NCBI GenBank assembly: GCA_012295275.1
Contig: CM022678.1
Span: 18,042,001 to 18,106,000, forward strand
From: Chrysomallon squamiferum
Lineage: Eukaryota; Animalia; Mollusca
Direction of reading: 5' to 3'
Length of the DNA: 64,000 nucleotides
In this document: positions 27,443 through 38,909 of the stretch, piece after piece
Position numbering within the stretch: position 1 is the stretch's first letter
Layout: every line of letters starts with the position of its first letter
Translations under genes and position numbers: made by a program
Notes under the pieces: generated by a model
Told to the model about the DNA's origin: nothing
Seen by the model: only the letters and a program-made list of their open reading frames with translations
Database searches by the model: none

Positions 27443-27574
27443 TATCGGGAGTGGTGTAAAGATGTTGACAGAGGTGAACGGCCGGCAAAGCTGTTGGAGT
27501 CGTTGCGGTCTGCTTCAGACAGTGATGACGATGATCACGCTTCATACACGGCCAGAAATGTAGGAGGTTCGTGA
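27443..27574 (+). CDS. CREBL2: CREBL2 alternative last exon (short isoform, ~111 aa total)
   Basis: Acceptor ttctgttttcag ends at 27442. Phase-0 translation YREWCKDVDRGERPAKLLESLRSASDSDDDDHASYTARNVGGS* repeats the YxxWCxxVDxG motif of the first last exon and of vertebrate CREBL2. It is too short for the ORF track. Confidence 0.85.
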   Translation, partial: YREWCKDVDRGERPAKLLESLRSASDSDDDDHASYTARNVGGS

Positions 27575-28104
27575 CGTGTTAATTATGACGTAAAAGATGA
27601 CGCAGAATAATAATTATAATAACAATAACAAAAACAAAAATCTTTTGATCTTTACGTAATCAGACTGGCTTTACGTAATTCATTTGAATGGTTACTCGGA
27701 ATCAGATATCAATCATAGACACATTAGCTAATTACTGTTGACTGACTTTTGTTTCTAATTACGTCACAAAGTAGATTAAGTACATAAATTATAATTTTGA
27801 TGCTTAACGCATTTATCGTTCTACAATAACCATTAAGAATAAATTTAAAAATTTTAATGAATTAAACAACGGTTTTCAATAATTATAAAGAAAATAACAA
27901 ATTTTAAAAATGAAAATGAAGAAAAGGAAATCAAATTAAAAAAAAAAGAAGAAGAAAAGAAAAGAAAAAGGAAAAAAAAAAAAAGGCAAACAATATAATT
28001 AAACGAAATATAGATAGATGAAAACAACAACAAAAAAGAAATAATATTAATAATAATCTAAAGAACTGTTTTGAATACAGAACTACTTCTCAGTTTGTCT
28101 GTCA

Positions 28105-28139
<35 letters not shown>

Positions 28140-28626
28140 ATATATATATATTGATAGTTAGGTAGTTAGTTAGTTTTATGGATTAAGCTCTTCCTTTCTT
28201 GATGCATTTTTGTCTACAGAACTTTTCTTCCCTACTGATCTGAATTTATTAAAATTTACCCCATTTTAACTGAATTTTTCAAAACACTTGTTTTGTGTTG
28301 TTGAAAAAAATCGCGTAGCAATCAAACTATGATTATAATTATATCTCTCTGACATACACAGACAAAGTGACACACACACACAGACACACAACACACACAT
28401 ACATATATACTGGTGATAGTACAATCTGTGATGAACTATACAAGGCTTATTACGGCTAATATTTGTACATGTGTGATATGTAAAAGAAATGTATATAATT
28501 GTATTTGTTAATCGTTGACAAATTCTTAATGTCTGACTTTATTCCAGCAGAGTATTTGTGTTACGATGATTATAAATATTTTGTTGATTCATTGATATAT
28601 GTATTAGTTGCAAATTAATGAGTATT

Positions 28627-28683
<57 letters not shown>

Positions 28684-29744
28684 AAGAAACAAAACGACAA
28701 AATGATAGAGTGAGTGACACAGAGATTCTGAAGGAGGTTTTCACAGATGAATAACAATAAAAATATATGAGAGGGAAAAGGAGAGAGAGGGAGAGATGCG
28801 AATGATAACAAGAAAGCTTATTATCTTGTTTTTGTCATTGTGTTTGGCATGGGAAACAAGCAAATTGCTCATGAAACTATACAAATGATGTAAATAGGAA
28901 ATGATTCAAAGCTGTTTCTGGTTTCAGCTTTCAGTTGTTGTATTTTTTTTTTAAATGTTTATTTTTACTCTGGTCTGGATTTTTGTCACAGTTCTGAAAC
29001 ACGTATATAATTTAGGGCAGAAATGGATCTTCTACTTTGATCTGTTGAATACTTTCATGTTGTAATGATTTTATTATTATTTGCTTGTATTATTGTTAAT
29101 TAAAGGTTAATCTTTAAAGAATTATCCTTTACATATTGACAATGTGTGTATATATTCAGTGGATTTTCCCAATGTTATTGTTTTGTTAAAATATGATTAC
29201 TTGTATATAAAATTTTATCTGTTATAATTAACTGTAAATACTTTGTTATGCTGTTGATTTTGTTCCACTCTTCAGTATATGATATGTAAAAAAAAAAAAA
29301 AAAAAAAAAATGGCAAAAAAAAAAAATAATAAAAAAAAATATAATAACTGAATGCTTATATAAAAACACAGAGTAATAAGTACAAGAAGAAAAGGGCAAA
29401 TATTTTTAAATGTTTTAATATGTATATTTTAGATACTATTGCTGTTTCTTGTTTACTGTTTTACAATTTTAATTTAAAAATTTAAACAAATTTTGTTGTA
29501 TATATTATTGTGTCTTATTTCCTGAAAATATTTTTTATTTTGTTGATTTGGTTTGGTTTGTTTTAAAAATTCTCTTAATCACAGTTACGAATGGCAAATA
29601 AAAACAATGTTAAATAAGTAAATAAAAAGGCAAAAAAACAACAACTAAAAAAGAGAAAAAAGTTCATCCTTAAATACAATTTGGTATATTTAGATAAAAA
29701 ATATAATATCTAATACTGCTGTTATAATTATAATTATTGTTATC

Positions 29745-29790
<46 letters not shown>

Positions 29791-29812
29791 TGTATTTATT
29801 TATTTAAATGAT

Positions 29813-29851
<39 letters not shown>

Positions 29852-31474
29852 TTATTTATTTATTTTATTTATTTATTTATTTAAATGATTTATTGATTTA
29901 TTTACTGATTTATTTATTTATTTTTGTTTTAATAACATATCTAAATTTGTGTGTGCTTTTGTCAGAAAACAGTTCAAGCACGCTTGACGTGGTTTTTTTC
30001 TTGTCCTATCACCAGTTCAAAATTTTGTGCATTATTATTAATTAAAGTTTAAAATATTTTAAACTATGCTTTGAAATGATGAAAGATTCCCGGTGATAAT
30101 TTATTACAGATAATAATTTGTTCTTTTCTTCATCATTTTTCAATCAGTTCAGTTTTAATATCACACGTGTCCATCCAGAAGTCTGCTAGTATGTTTGTGT
30201 CATCTTCAAATGTATATGGCTACACTAACAAAAAAATAAATAAATAAAAGGTTAAAAATTATTATTTGTTGTTAGTGGTTTTTAAATTATAACGTGTGTG
30301 TGTGTGTGTGTGTGATACAAACTAATTATGATGATGATGATGAAGATGCTACTTTACTACTGCTACTACCACAATAATTCTTCTTCTTCTTCTTCTGATA
30401 CTTTATGATTAAAAATTATTAAAATAATAAAAGGAATGACATGAAGAAAAAGAAAATGCATTTTAATATTCTTAAAAAACTCAAATACTGGACAAAGTGT
30501 TAACGGTATTTTAAAAACAAACTACTAACACATTTCTCGTTTTATTCTCAAATACTGGATAAAGTAGATTTGTCATGTAATATTCAGTTTGTTATACGTG
30601 TACAGCAGAAACACACATCACAGCAGAATGCAATGGAAGGTGACCATAAATGACTATAAGAAAATACACCACTGTGAAAACAAAACGTTTACTAGAGATA
30701 ATACGGTACAGCCTATTTTAATATCACACAACGAACAAAAATGTTTCAAAATTTCACGTTTATCGACGTCAGAGGCAGTGTTATGGTTCAGTGATTATTA
30801 AAGTGATATTCATTCAAAAAAAAAAAAAAAAAAAAAAAATAATAAAAAAATAATAATAATAATAAATAAAAATATAATGACACCCATTTGTATTTTTTTT
30901 TTTTCTCTTTAGTTTTAAAAGTTTTACATTTATGATATGAATGTACGTATAGTTATTTTAGTTCTAAATGCTGTTTAAATCAATTCCATATACTCTACTT
31001 CACCTGAATAATAATATATATATATATATATATTAACACAGAATAAAAATGAGAAGATAAATGAGTGGCTGACTACATTTCTGACCCTATTTCTCGTGTT
31101 TTTGCAATGAAGATGTAAATAAACAATAAATAAATAAAGGCTAAAACTGCATATATATATATATATATGACTTCTACAAAATGTATTAATTTTATTTGCA
31201 ATTTGTTTTGTTAAAATATATTTATTTATTTATTTATTTATTTATTTATATCTTTCTGTCTATGTTTCTTTCTTTATTAATTAATTTATTTGCTTGTTTG
31301 TTAGTTTATTTATTTATATATAGATTTCTTTATTTGCTTATTTATTTATTTATTTATTTATTTTTTTACATCTCTTTCTTAATTAATTAATTCATTTGTT
31401 TATTTATCTGTTTGTTTGTTTGTTTATTTACTTGTTTATTGTGTGTAGGAGAGATAACTGTGTGTACGTGTTGT

Positions 31475-34077
31475 TTATACAAAAGTCATGGAATTCACTT
31501 CATCTCTCATCTCGGGCGCCTCCCTGTCTACATCCGAACAGGCAGCGTCATCAGCAGCCGTCGTTCTAACAGCCACACAGCCATCACTGACAGACGTCCC
31601 GTCTGCGACGACAACAGCTACTGTTGCCGCATTTGCTGTTTCCATCCTGGAAGCGTCAGCAGAGGAGTTATCTCCCCTCCCGCACGGTCGCCTGCTTCCG
31701 CAGCACAGTCGTCTGCTGCCGGAGGACGTTCGTCTGGTTCCGCCACTCCCGCCTCGGCCCGCTCTTTCGCACGCCATGTCGGGATTGGAGGTCTTGTTCG
31801 AGCGTCTTGCCACACTCAGCAGTTCTCCGTCGTACATCGCTCTGGCCTCGCGGTAGCTGTCTCTGTCCACGATCGCCCAGATCGCCGCGCCGTCCGTAGC
31901 GCTGCCCGTCCGTCTGTGTCCGCAGCCGACCGGCCGGCCAGCTCTACTGCTGACTCTTTGTCCACCGCCAACAGCAGCAGCAGCAGCAGCAGCAGCTGTT
32001 CTCGTTGGACTGGTGCTCTTCGTCACGCGTTCAGCAACTGCATCGGCGTCGTCTTCGTTTTCTCTTTCTTGTCGACACGTGTCCGATTCCACGCCGCTGT
32101 TTTGTGCGTTTCTGTTGTCTGTGGTCATCTTGTGGTCAGTTTCGTTCACCGCTGGAGGTGCACGTCTGCAGTCTTCTGAATCAGACTCGTTGTCGTTGAC
32201 GTCTGCGCCGTCAGTGACCGCTGTCACGAGGTCGACAGCTCCGCCCGCGTAACCCGTTCGTCTGCATTCGCCACTTCGTCTGCAGCCGTGACATCGTGTT
32301 CGGTCCGCTATTTTCGCAGCCCCAGTCGTCTCTTTACTAACAGCGGTGTCTGCATTCCCAGCGCAGACCATTTCCTCACTGGCAGGGGAAACTATCTCTT
32401 TATGACCAGAAGCGATCAGTTCCTTGTTGACAGCGTCGGCTATGGCTTCGTTGGCGACGTTTTTTATTTGTTTGCTCCTGGCTGCGTTCATGTCCTCGTC
32501 ATCAGCACTGGCTCTTTCTGCAGCGTCACCTCGCCTCCCGCTTTTAGAATGTCGCTTGCCACGGGCAGCACACGACCTGTCGTGACGTACGCACAACAAT
32601 CCACGACACCCACGAGTCCCGCTTTCTCCGACGACATCTTCCTCGTCTCTGTCGAGGACGTCTGCGCTGTCGGGAAACCCTGCGGCAGCTCCACGTCTCG
32701 CGCCTGTCGCAGTCCGCCTGTCGAAGTCCCAGAATCCCCTGTCGGGACTCGAGCTGGTGGTCCTCGCGTTGTTCCTCCTCCTCCTCGCCGCTCTGAACGC
32801 TCGTCTGTGTCTGCCGTCTGCCGCTATGTCTCCGCCCGCAGTCGTCCTCGCCACGTGACCGAACCTCGGCCTGCACGCGACGTCAGAGACAGCGACAGAG
32901 ACGTCGCTCGTCGCCTGCTTGCTCGCCCCTGACGCCTCCGTGTCGACGCTGCTGCTGCCGCTGCAGGAGATGTCGCCGCAGGCCGTCGTCTCGCCCCCGT
33001 CGTGTGCGATCCTGAACGGACCGAACACCCGAGCAGCGACGTCCACGGCATGTCCGCTGGCGCCCGGCGACTCCGCGTCCACGCTGCTAGACGCGTCCCG
33101 GCTCCACGCGGCTCTCAGGCAGCCCGACGTTCTTCTGCTGCGACTGGACACGCGTCTTGCAGGCCCGGGCACGTCTCTCACGTCTCTGTCTCTGCGGCAC
33201 GACGTCCTCTCCGTGTCCAGCGCCGCCGCCCGGTTGAGCATCACCTCGTCGAGGATGTTGTCCGCGTCGGACAGGATTTCGTCCCCACGATGATGAGCTC
33301 CTGAATCTCCTCCAGGAGCTGGCTCCCCGCCATCAGCAGCTCGTCCGCCCGCCCGTAGTTCAGCACCTGTCTGTCCGCGCTCGGACTGGCCCGGTCCGGC
33401 CCCGCCCTCGCTGACCACCGGTCAAACGAACGCGGCTGGCGTCGCTCCAGCAGTCGGTAGATGTTGCACTCCGACGCCGCCTTCCAGACGTCGTCAGCGG
33501 AGGCGGACGGCGACAACGACGACACGAACCTCTCTCGAGAGAGTCTCCGCACCGCTGACGTCGTCAGGTGATTCGAGCTTCTGTCGACGTCGTCGTGCGG
33601 AAGAAGCAAGGGCGTCTCAACACACGCACCACCAGCCTCCCGTTCTTCTTCTTCTCCTTCGTCGTCGTCGTCGTCTTCTGCTGACGACAATGCTGTTGTT
33701 ACAGCTGTTGCCAGCTCGGTGACGGCGTCAGACGTGTTCTCTGCTGCTTCGTGCGGATGCTCCGCGATGGCGCCTTCGTCATCGCTGTCAATTTCCTCGA
33801 TGTCTTCGACCTGCGTTGTGGTCGACAGCGCTGCTGTTACAGAATTCTGAAACACAACGACTGCTACATTATTCTCACACAACGTACGTTTTACAGAGAT
33901 TAAAGATAATAATGAAAGTAAAATACGTAAATAAGAGAGTAAGCAAGTAGGTAAATAAGTCAAAATATAAAAGTTACGTTGAAGTGATGTCTTTGAATAA
34001 AGTATTTTACTTAAATAAATGTAAGTAGATAACTAGACAAATATAATAAATAAATAAAAATATAAATAAATACATTT

Positions 34078-34140
<63 letters not shown>

Positions 34141-34816
34141 TATGATGATGATGATGAAAATTATAAAGATTATTGGCACATATACACTATCCGCTTTTTT
34201 CTTCTTTTTTCAAAATGTAAACATCTGTGTATTTTTTAATGTGGTTGTGTATATTTTTAGTGTATATATGTATTTGTAAATATGTGTATGTGTATATATA
34301 TGCATTATATAAATGTGCAAATATGCGTTTCTGCGTCTCTATGTGTATTGTAATGGGCATAATTAGAATAATTCGAGCTATAACCAAGATCTTTGATGAT
34401 GATGATGATTACAATGATGCTGCTACTGTTGCTGATGATGATAATACGGATAATGAGTATCATCATAAACAGAATGATAATAAATTATATACCAGATCGA
34501 GATTTTCTGACGACTCTTCTGAGTCTTGCCCTATCGACTTCGCCATCTTTCTGTAAACCTCAACAAGTTTCGACAGTTTAAAGTCTACAGGAAACGAGTC
34601 TACACCCGTTGACGGTAAATCGAATATTCGTCTACATTCCGGACAGCTGATGAACGTTGTGTTGCCGACGACGTCCCAGGCGTTGGGAGCGGAACGACGT
34701 TCTATCGACATCAGACATCTACGACAGTACGAATGTCCGCAGCCGAGTCTGAGCGGGTTAGAGAAGAGTTCCATGCAGACAGGACAAGTTAGTTCCCCTT
34801 TCAAATCTCTGTCCAT
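31475..34816 (-). CDS. RING-HC (TRIM-type) finger protein, paralogue B: RING exon plus ~790-aa disordered exon; 1-nt frameshift at ~33283-33286
   Basis: Exon 34816-34493 ([35 protein letters not shown]...ISCPECR; C3HC4) has donor CTG|gtata and splices in phase 0 to 33846 (NSVTAA...). The frame continues to 31475 if one G is added in GTGGGGAC. A probable non-coding first exon ends at the donor at 35413/35412. Confidence 0.8.
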
Positions 34817-34858
34817 CTTTCTTTCCCTTTCTTTCGTTTTTAGCTGAATAATAATAAT

Positions 34859-34933
<75 letters not shown>

Positions 34934-35002
34934 GACAACAACGACAACAATATTAATAACACTACCACAACTAGTACTAGTACTACTTCTACTTCTACTA
35001 CA

Positions 35003-35040
<38 letters not shown>

Positions 35041-35494
35041 TGATGATGATGATGATGATTATGATGATAATGATGATGGTGGTGGTGAAATCATAATATA
35101 TTTTTGGGAGGAAAAACAAGGAAAAAAAGAAAAAGAAAAAAGATAAAAGATACCATTTTCTGTTCGTCACAAAATATATTTTTTACCTACCTCCTGCCCA
35201 CTAATCCAACCCCCCTATTGATTTTACCTACAAATAAAAATAATTATAACATCGATCACTAATTAAAACAGTTTGACGTCACGCTGTTTCCCTAATCATG
35301 ATCCACTAATCATATTCATCTATAACTGAACCTAAGAACTTCTTGCAGGAAATTACCATATTAACATAAGATTATAAAATGAATTAATTAATTTCTTAAA
35401 TATAATTCTTACCACTATAAGAAATAAAAAGTCAAATATTCAGTCTCGTTCGCGTAACCGTCGTTTTATTATTTATTTACTGTTTTTAGCTCCG

Positions 35495-35585
35495 ACATGA
35501 AATCATGACGTCATGAGACACTTAGCAAGCTTTTTCGGAAAATCTCGCCTAATTTTCCGAAATATTCCGAAGGATACTTCGGACA
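35495..35585 (-). promoter_or_regulatory. Putative promoter of RING paralogue B
   Basis: 14-bp perfect palindrome TCATGACGTCATGA (35503-35516) with a CRE core, plus repeated TTCCGA/TTCGGA motifs, just upstream of the donor at 35412. Confidence 0.5.
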
Positions 35586-35798
35586 ACAGTTAAAAACACA
35601 GAGGTTTAACCAGCGTTTTATCTATGGTCTTGTTAACTACTTAAATTAATATTCCAGCTGTAAATAATTGTAATAATCCACACACAGAGATACAGAGATA
35701 GAGAAAAAAAATAATAATAGGGAAAAAGTGGAATATAAAATAGTAAATAAATAGAGTGAATAAAAAAAAAATAATAATAAAAAAAATAAATAAATAAA

Positions 35799-35870
<72 letters not shown>

Positions 35871-36644
35871 GAACAACTCAGTTTTCATATTTCTTTATTT
35901 TTTTGTAAGCCAATTTAAAATTTTAATTATTATTATTATTATTATTATTATTATTGTTGAATTAATGCCATTTTTATCTTAAACATCACTCAAACACACA
36001 CACTCCCAGCCCATAATAATAGTGCCTTTGTTTTCAGAATAAATGCACTCACCATTCTTCATATTCATACAACAAAGACAAAAACAAACAAGTAATAAAC
36101 AAAATAAGTTTATTGAACTCAAAAATGAACTGTTATATCACAAGAGGAAGACAAGCAGACAGATACTGAATACTTAATTGTCATTTGTTTTATAATCAAC
36201 ATCGAAAAGTTAAACAATATTAGCTTTTAATTTACCAAAATAAATTTAAAAAAGAGAAATTTAAATATATTTGTAATAAGAAAAGTAAGCATTGGGGAAT
36301 GTAATATTTAATATTTTCATATAATTTAATAATAAAAACAATGTAACTATATTTGTCAAAAGAAAAATCAGAAACGAGAAAATACAAAATGATTTTTTTT
36401 TTTGATTTATTACAAACACAGGGAATGGCTAAAGGAAATGACATTATTTTTTCACATAATGTCAGAGTAAAAAGAAAATAACTGTTTGATGTATTAAATA
36501 TTACAAGAGTAATAAATCAGTTGCATATTTATTGCATTTTTGAAACGCGAATTCGTTCAAAACATAAAAGTAACGTTGAAATGATATCTTTGAACAATGT
36601 ATTTTACTTAAATAAATGTAAATATATTTACAAAACAGAAATAA

Positions 36645-36679
<35 letters not shown>

Positions 36680-36879
36680 TAATAATAATAAAAATAATAA
36701 AAATAAACAACACAGCAACAAAACGAAACACAAAAAAAAAAAAAAAAAAAAAAATAATATTAATTAAAAAAAAAGCCATTGTTATCACAAAATAAACAGT
36801 AGTAATTAAGTCCTGAAATTGGGTAAGGTACGGAAATGCGTGAATTCTTCCGTGGTATTTTTTTTTTTTTTTTTTTTTA

Positions 36880-38367
36880 TCACTGAAGAACTTCATCATC
36901 GTCTCTTGGTGAAGTTTTCCTGTTAACATTAACTCTGTGATGTGTTAAAAGTTCGTCATCCGAATCGTTAACGTCCGGCAATTCATCTGCGGAAAGTGAC
37001 GAAGATGATGAAACGAAAATAGAAAATAAAGATCGCTTCTTTTTCTTCCGATTACCTGCGACCTTTTTTTCTGACCTCTGACACGGGTCACGCGTAGATG
37101 ATGATGATGATACCTCACCGTGACGTCTGCTTGTTGTGACGTCAGCAGTGTCTGCTCCTAAACACGTCTGCGTTTGCCCGGTCTGCGAAGATGAAGCTGT
37201 AGCAGCAGCAGAATTTTCTAATACAGACCCATCTACATCAACAACAACCATTTCGTCGTCAGATACGTCTACGTGACCAGTCCTCCGCGTTTCCATGGCA
37301 CCACCATCTGCTACTCGTTCAGCATTACTTTGATTCCTATCCTGATCCGGCCTGGTTTCTGAATTAGCATTTAATTCAGATCTAGGTCTAGTCACACCAT
37401 CATCACCACCACCACCACCACCAATAGGACGAGGATTACTACCACTACGACCGGCTGTATCAGAATGTCCAGACGCCATTCTTCCACTTAAAGGCAGTTC
37501 GCTTCTTTCAGGCGCTCGGTAAAGATTACCGTCTGAAGAAGAACTCGACGAAGTCTTCCAAGTATCGTCGTTGTCGTCGTCGTCGGACGATGATGACAAC
37601 GACAGCAGTGAAGAGACGAATTTCATAAACTTGTTTTTACGACGTCGTGGTCGTCGTCGTTCTTTCGTTCCTTCCCGCTGCTCGCTGGTGTCGGGACTGG
37701 TGTCGCTGGGATTAGAAAGTCGTCTGCTCTCTTCCCTGGCTAATCGTCTGGCTCTGCGTCTCACTGACGTCAGCTGCTGACTCAATGCTGCGTCATTCAC
37801 GCCCTCCAATCTCCGACTAGCTGCCTCTGAAGTTCTGACTGAGTCCAGAGACTCAGAACCGGGAATGATTTGATGCGCATTTAACTGTTCCTCGTGTTGT
37901 ATGCCTGAAATGGCTGCCGAGTCTAGTCCAGTTTCTGTTGCTGCCGACTCTAGTCTAGTTTCTGTTGCTGCCGTGTCTAGTCTAGTTTCTGCTGCTGCTA
38001 TTACTGCCTGCGATTCCTGAAAGAAAATTAAAACTGTCATGAGATATAGATATATAATACATGTGTGTATGTGTTCTTGTTCTTCTTATTGTTTATGAGA
38101 AAAGATGAAATTACTGGTATATACAACCAAATGTTTTTAGCTAAGGTATTTCAGTACATTTCTGCTTCATTTGAATCGCTTGTGGTGGTTAATTTAAGAA
38201 ATAGAAATAATGCAATTTCATTCCAGTATAGCTTAGAATTCTTTCTTCTTTTCCTTTCTTTCTTTCTTTCTTTTTTAAACAACAATACTCTACGATCAAA
38301 AATCAAGTTGTTTTCGACTAAGAGAGCCTACAGAACATAAAAGTCAATTCTTCGTCATCTTATTTAC

Positions 38368-38425
<58 letters not shown>

Positions 38426-38909
38426 TATTTCTTCAAAATTAAATTATTAAGACAAAAACGTGCTGCAATGTTATAAAATTAAAAAAACCTCGTCGAGTGG
38501 ATTATAAAAGTTTAATAAAGTATATAAAACGAATAACACTTACCAAATTTGAATCCTGTTTTGCCCGTTCTAAATCCTTGTTCATGGACTCTGAACTCCC
38601 TCTGGCTTGATCTGAAACTTCTTGGTATGAAAGTTCCATCTTTTGAAAAACGTCAACAAGCTTTGACAACTTGAAGTCTACTGGAAACGAGTCGACTCCG
38701 GTGGAGGGAATGTCAAAAACTCTCCGACATTCAGGACAGCTGATGGATCCAGGGCGTCTGATTTGATTTGCCCCGACAGGGGGCGCTTGCTTGGACATCG
38801 CCAGCAGACAGTTACGACAGTAGGAGTGACCACACCCAAGTCGCAGCGGTCGGGTAAAGAGTTCCATGCAGACCGGACAGGTTAACTCCCCTTTCAGGTC
38901 GCTCTCCAT
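36880..38909 (-). CDS. RING-HC (TRIM-type) finger protein, paralogue A (~500 aa): RING exon plus 378-aa disordered exon
   Basis: Exon 38909-38544 ([35 protein letters not shown]...[22 protein letters not shown]) has donor TTG|gtaagt and splices in phase 0 to 38016-36880 ([10 protein letters not shown]...DDEVLQ*). A probable non-coding first exon ends at the donor at 40073/40072. AATAAA at 36114-36109. Confidence 0.88.
37913..37998 (-). repeat. Coding tandem repeat, 3 x 27 nt (AA[AT]ET[RG]L[DE][TS])
   Basis: [27 protein letters not shown] at the start of RING-A exon 2. Confidence 0.85.

Noticed and set aside
33270-33295. Programmed -1 ribosomal frameshift in RING-B
   Set aside because: There is no canonical slippery heptamer; a G-run error is simpler, and other consensus errors are evident in the window.
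31412-33304. Long plus-strand ORFs (31412-32179, 32288-32932, 32919-33293 and others)
   Set aside because: They are antisense shadows of the GC-rich, stop-poor RING-B exon.
34844-35170. Poly-I/V apparent transmembrane extension of RING-B
   Set aside because: It is an intronic trinucleotide microsatellite upstream of the acceptor at 34845-34844.
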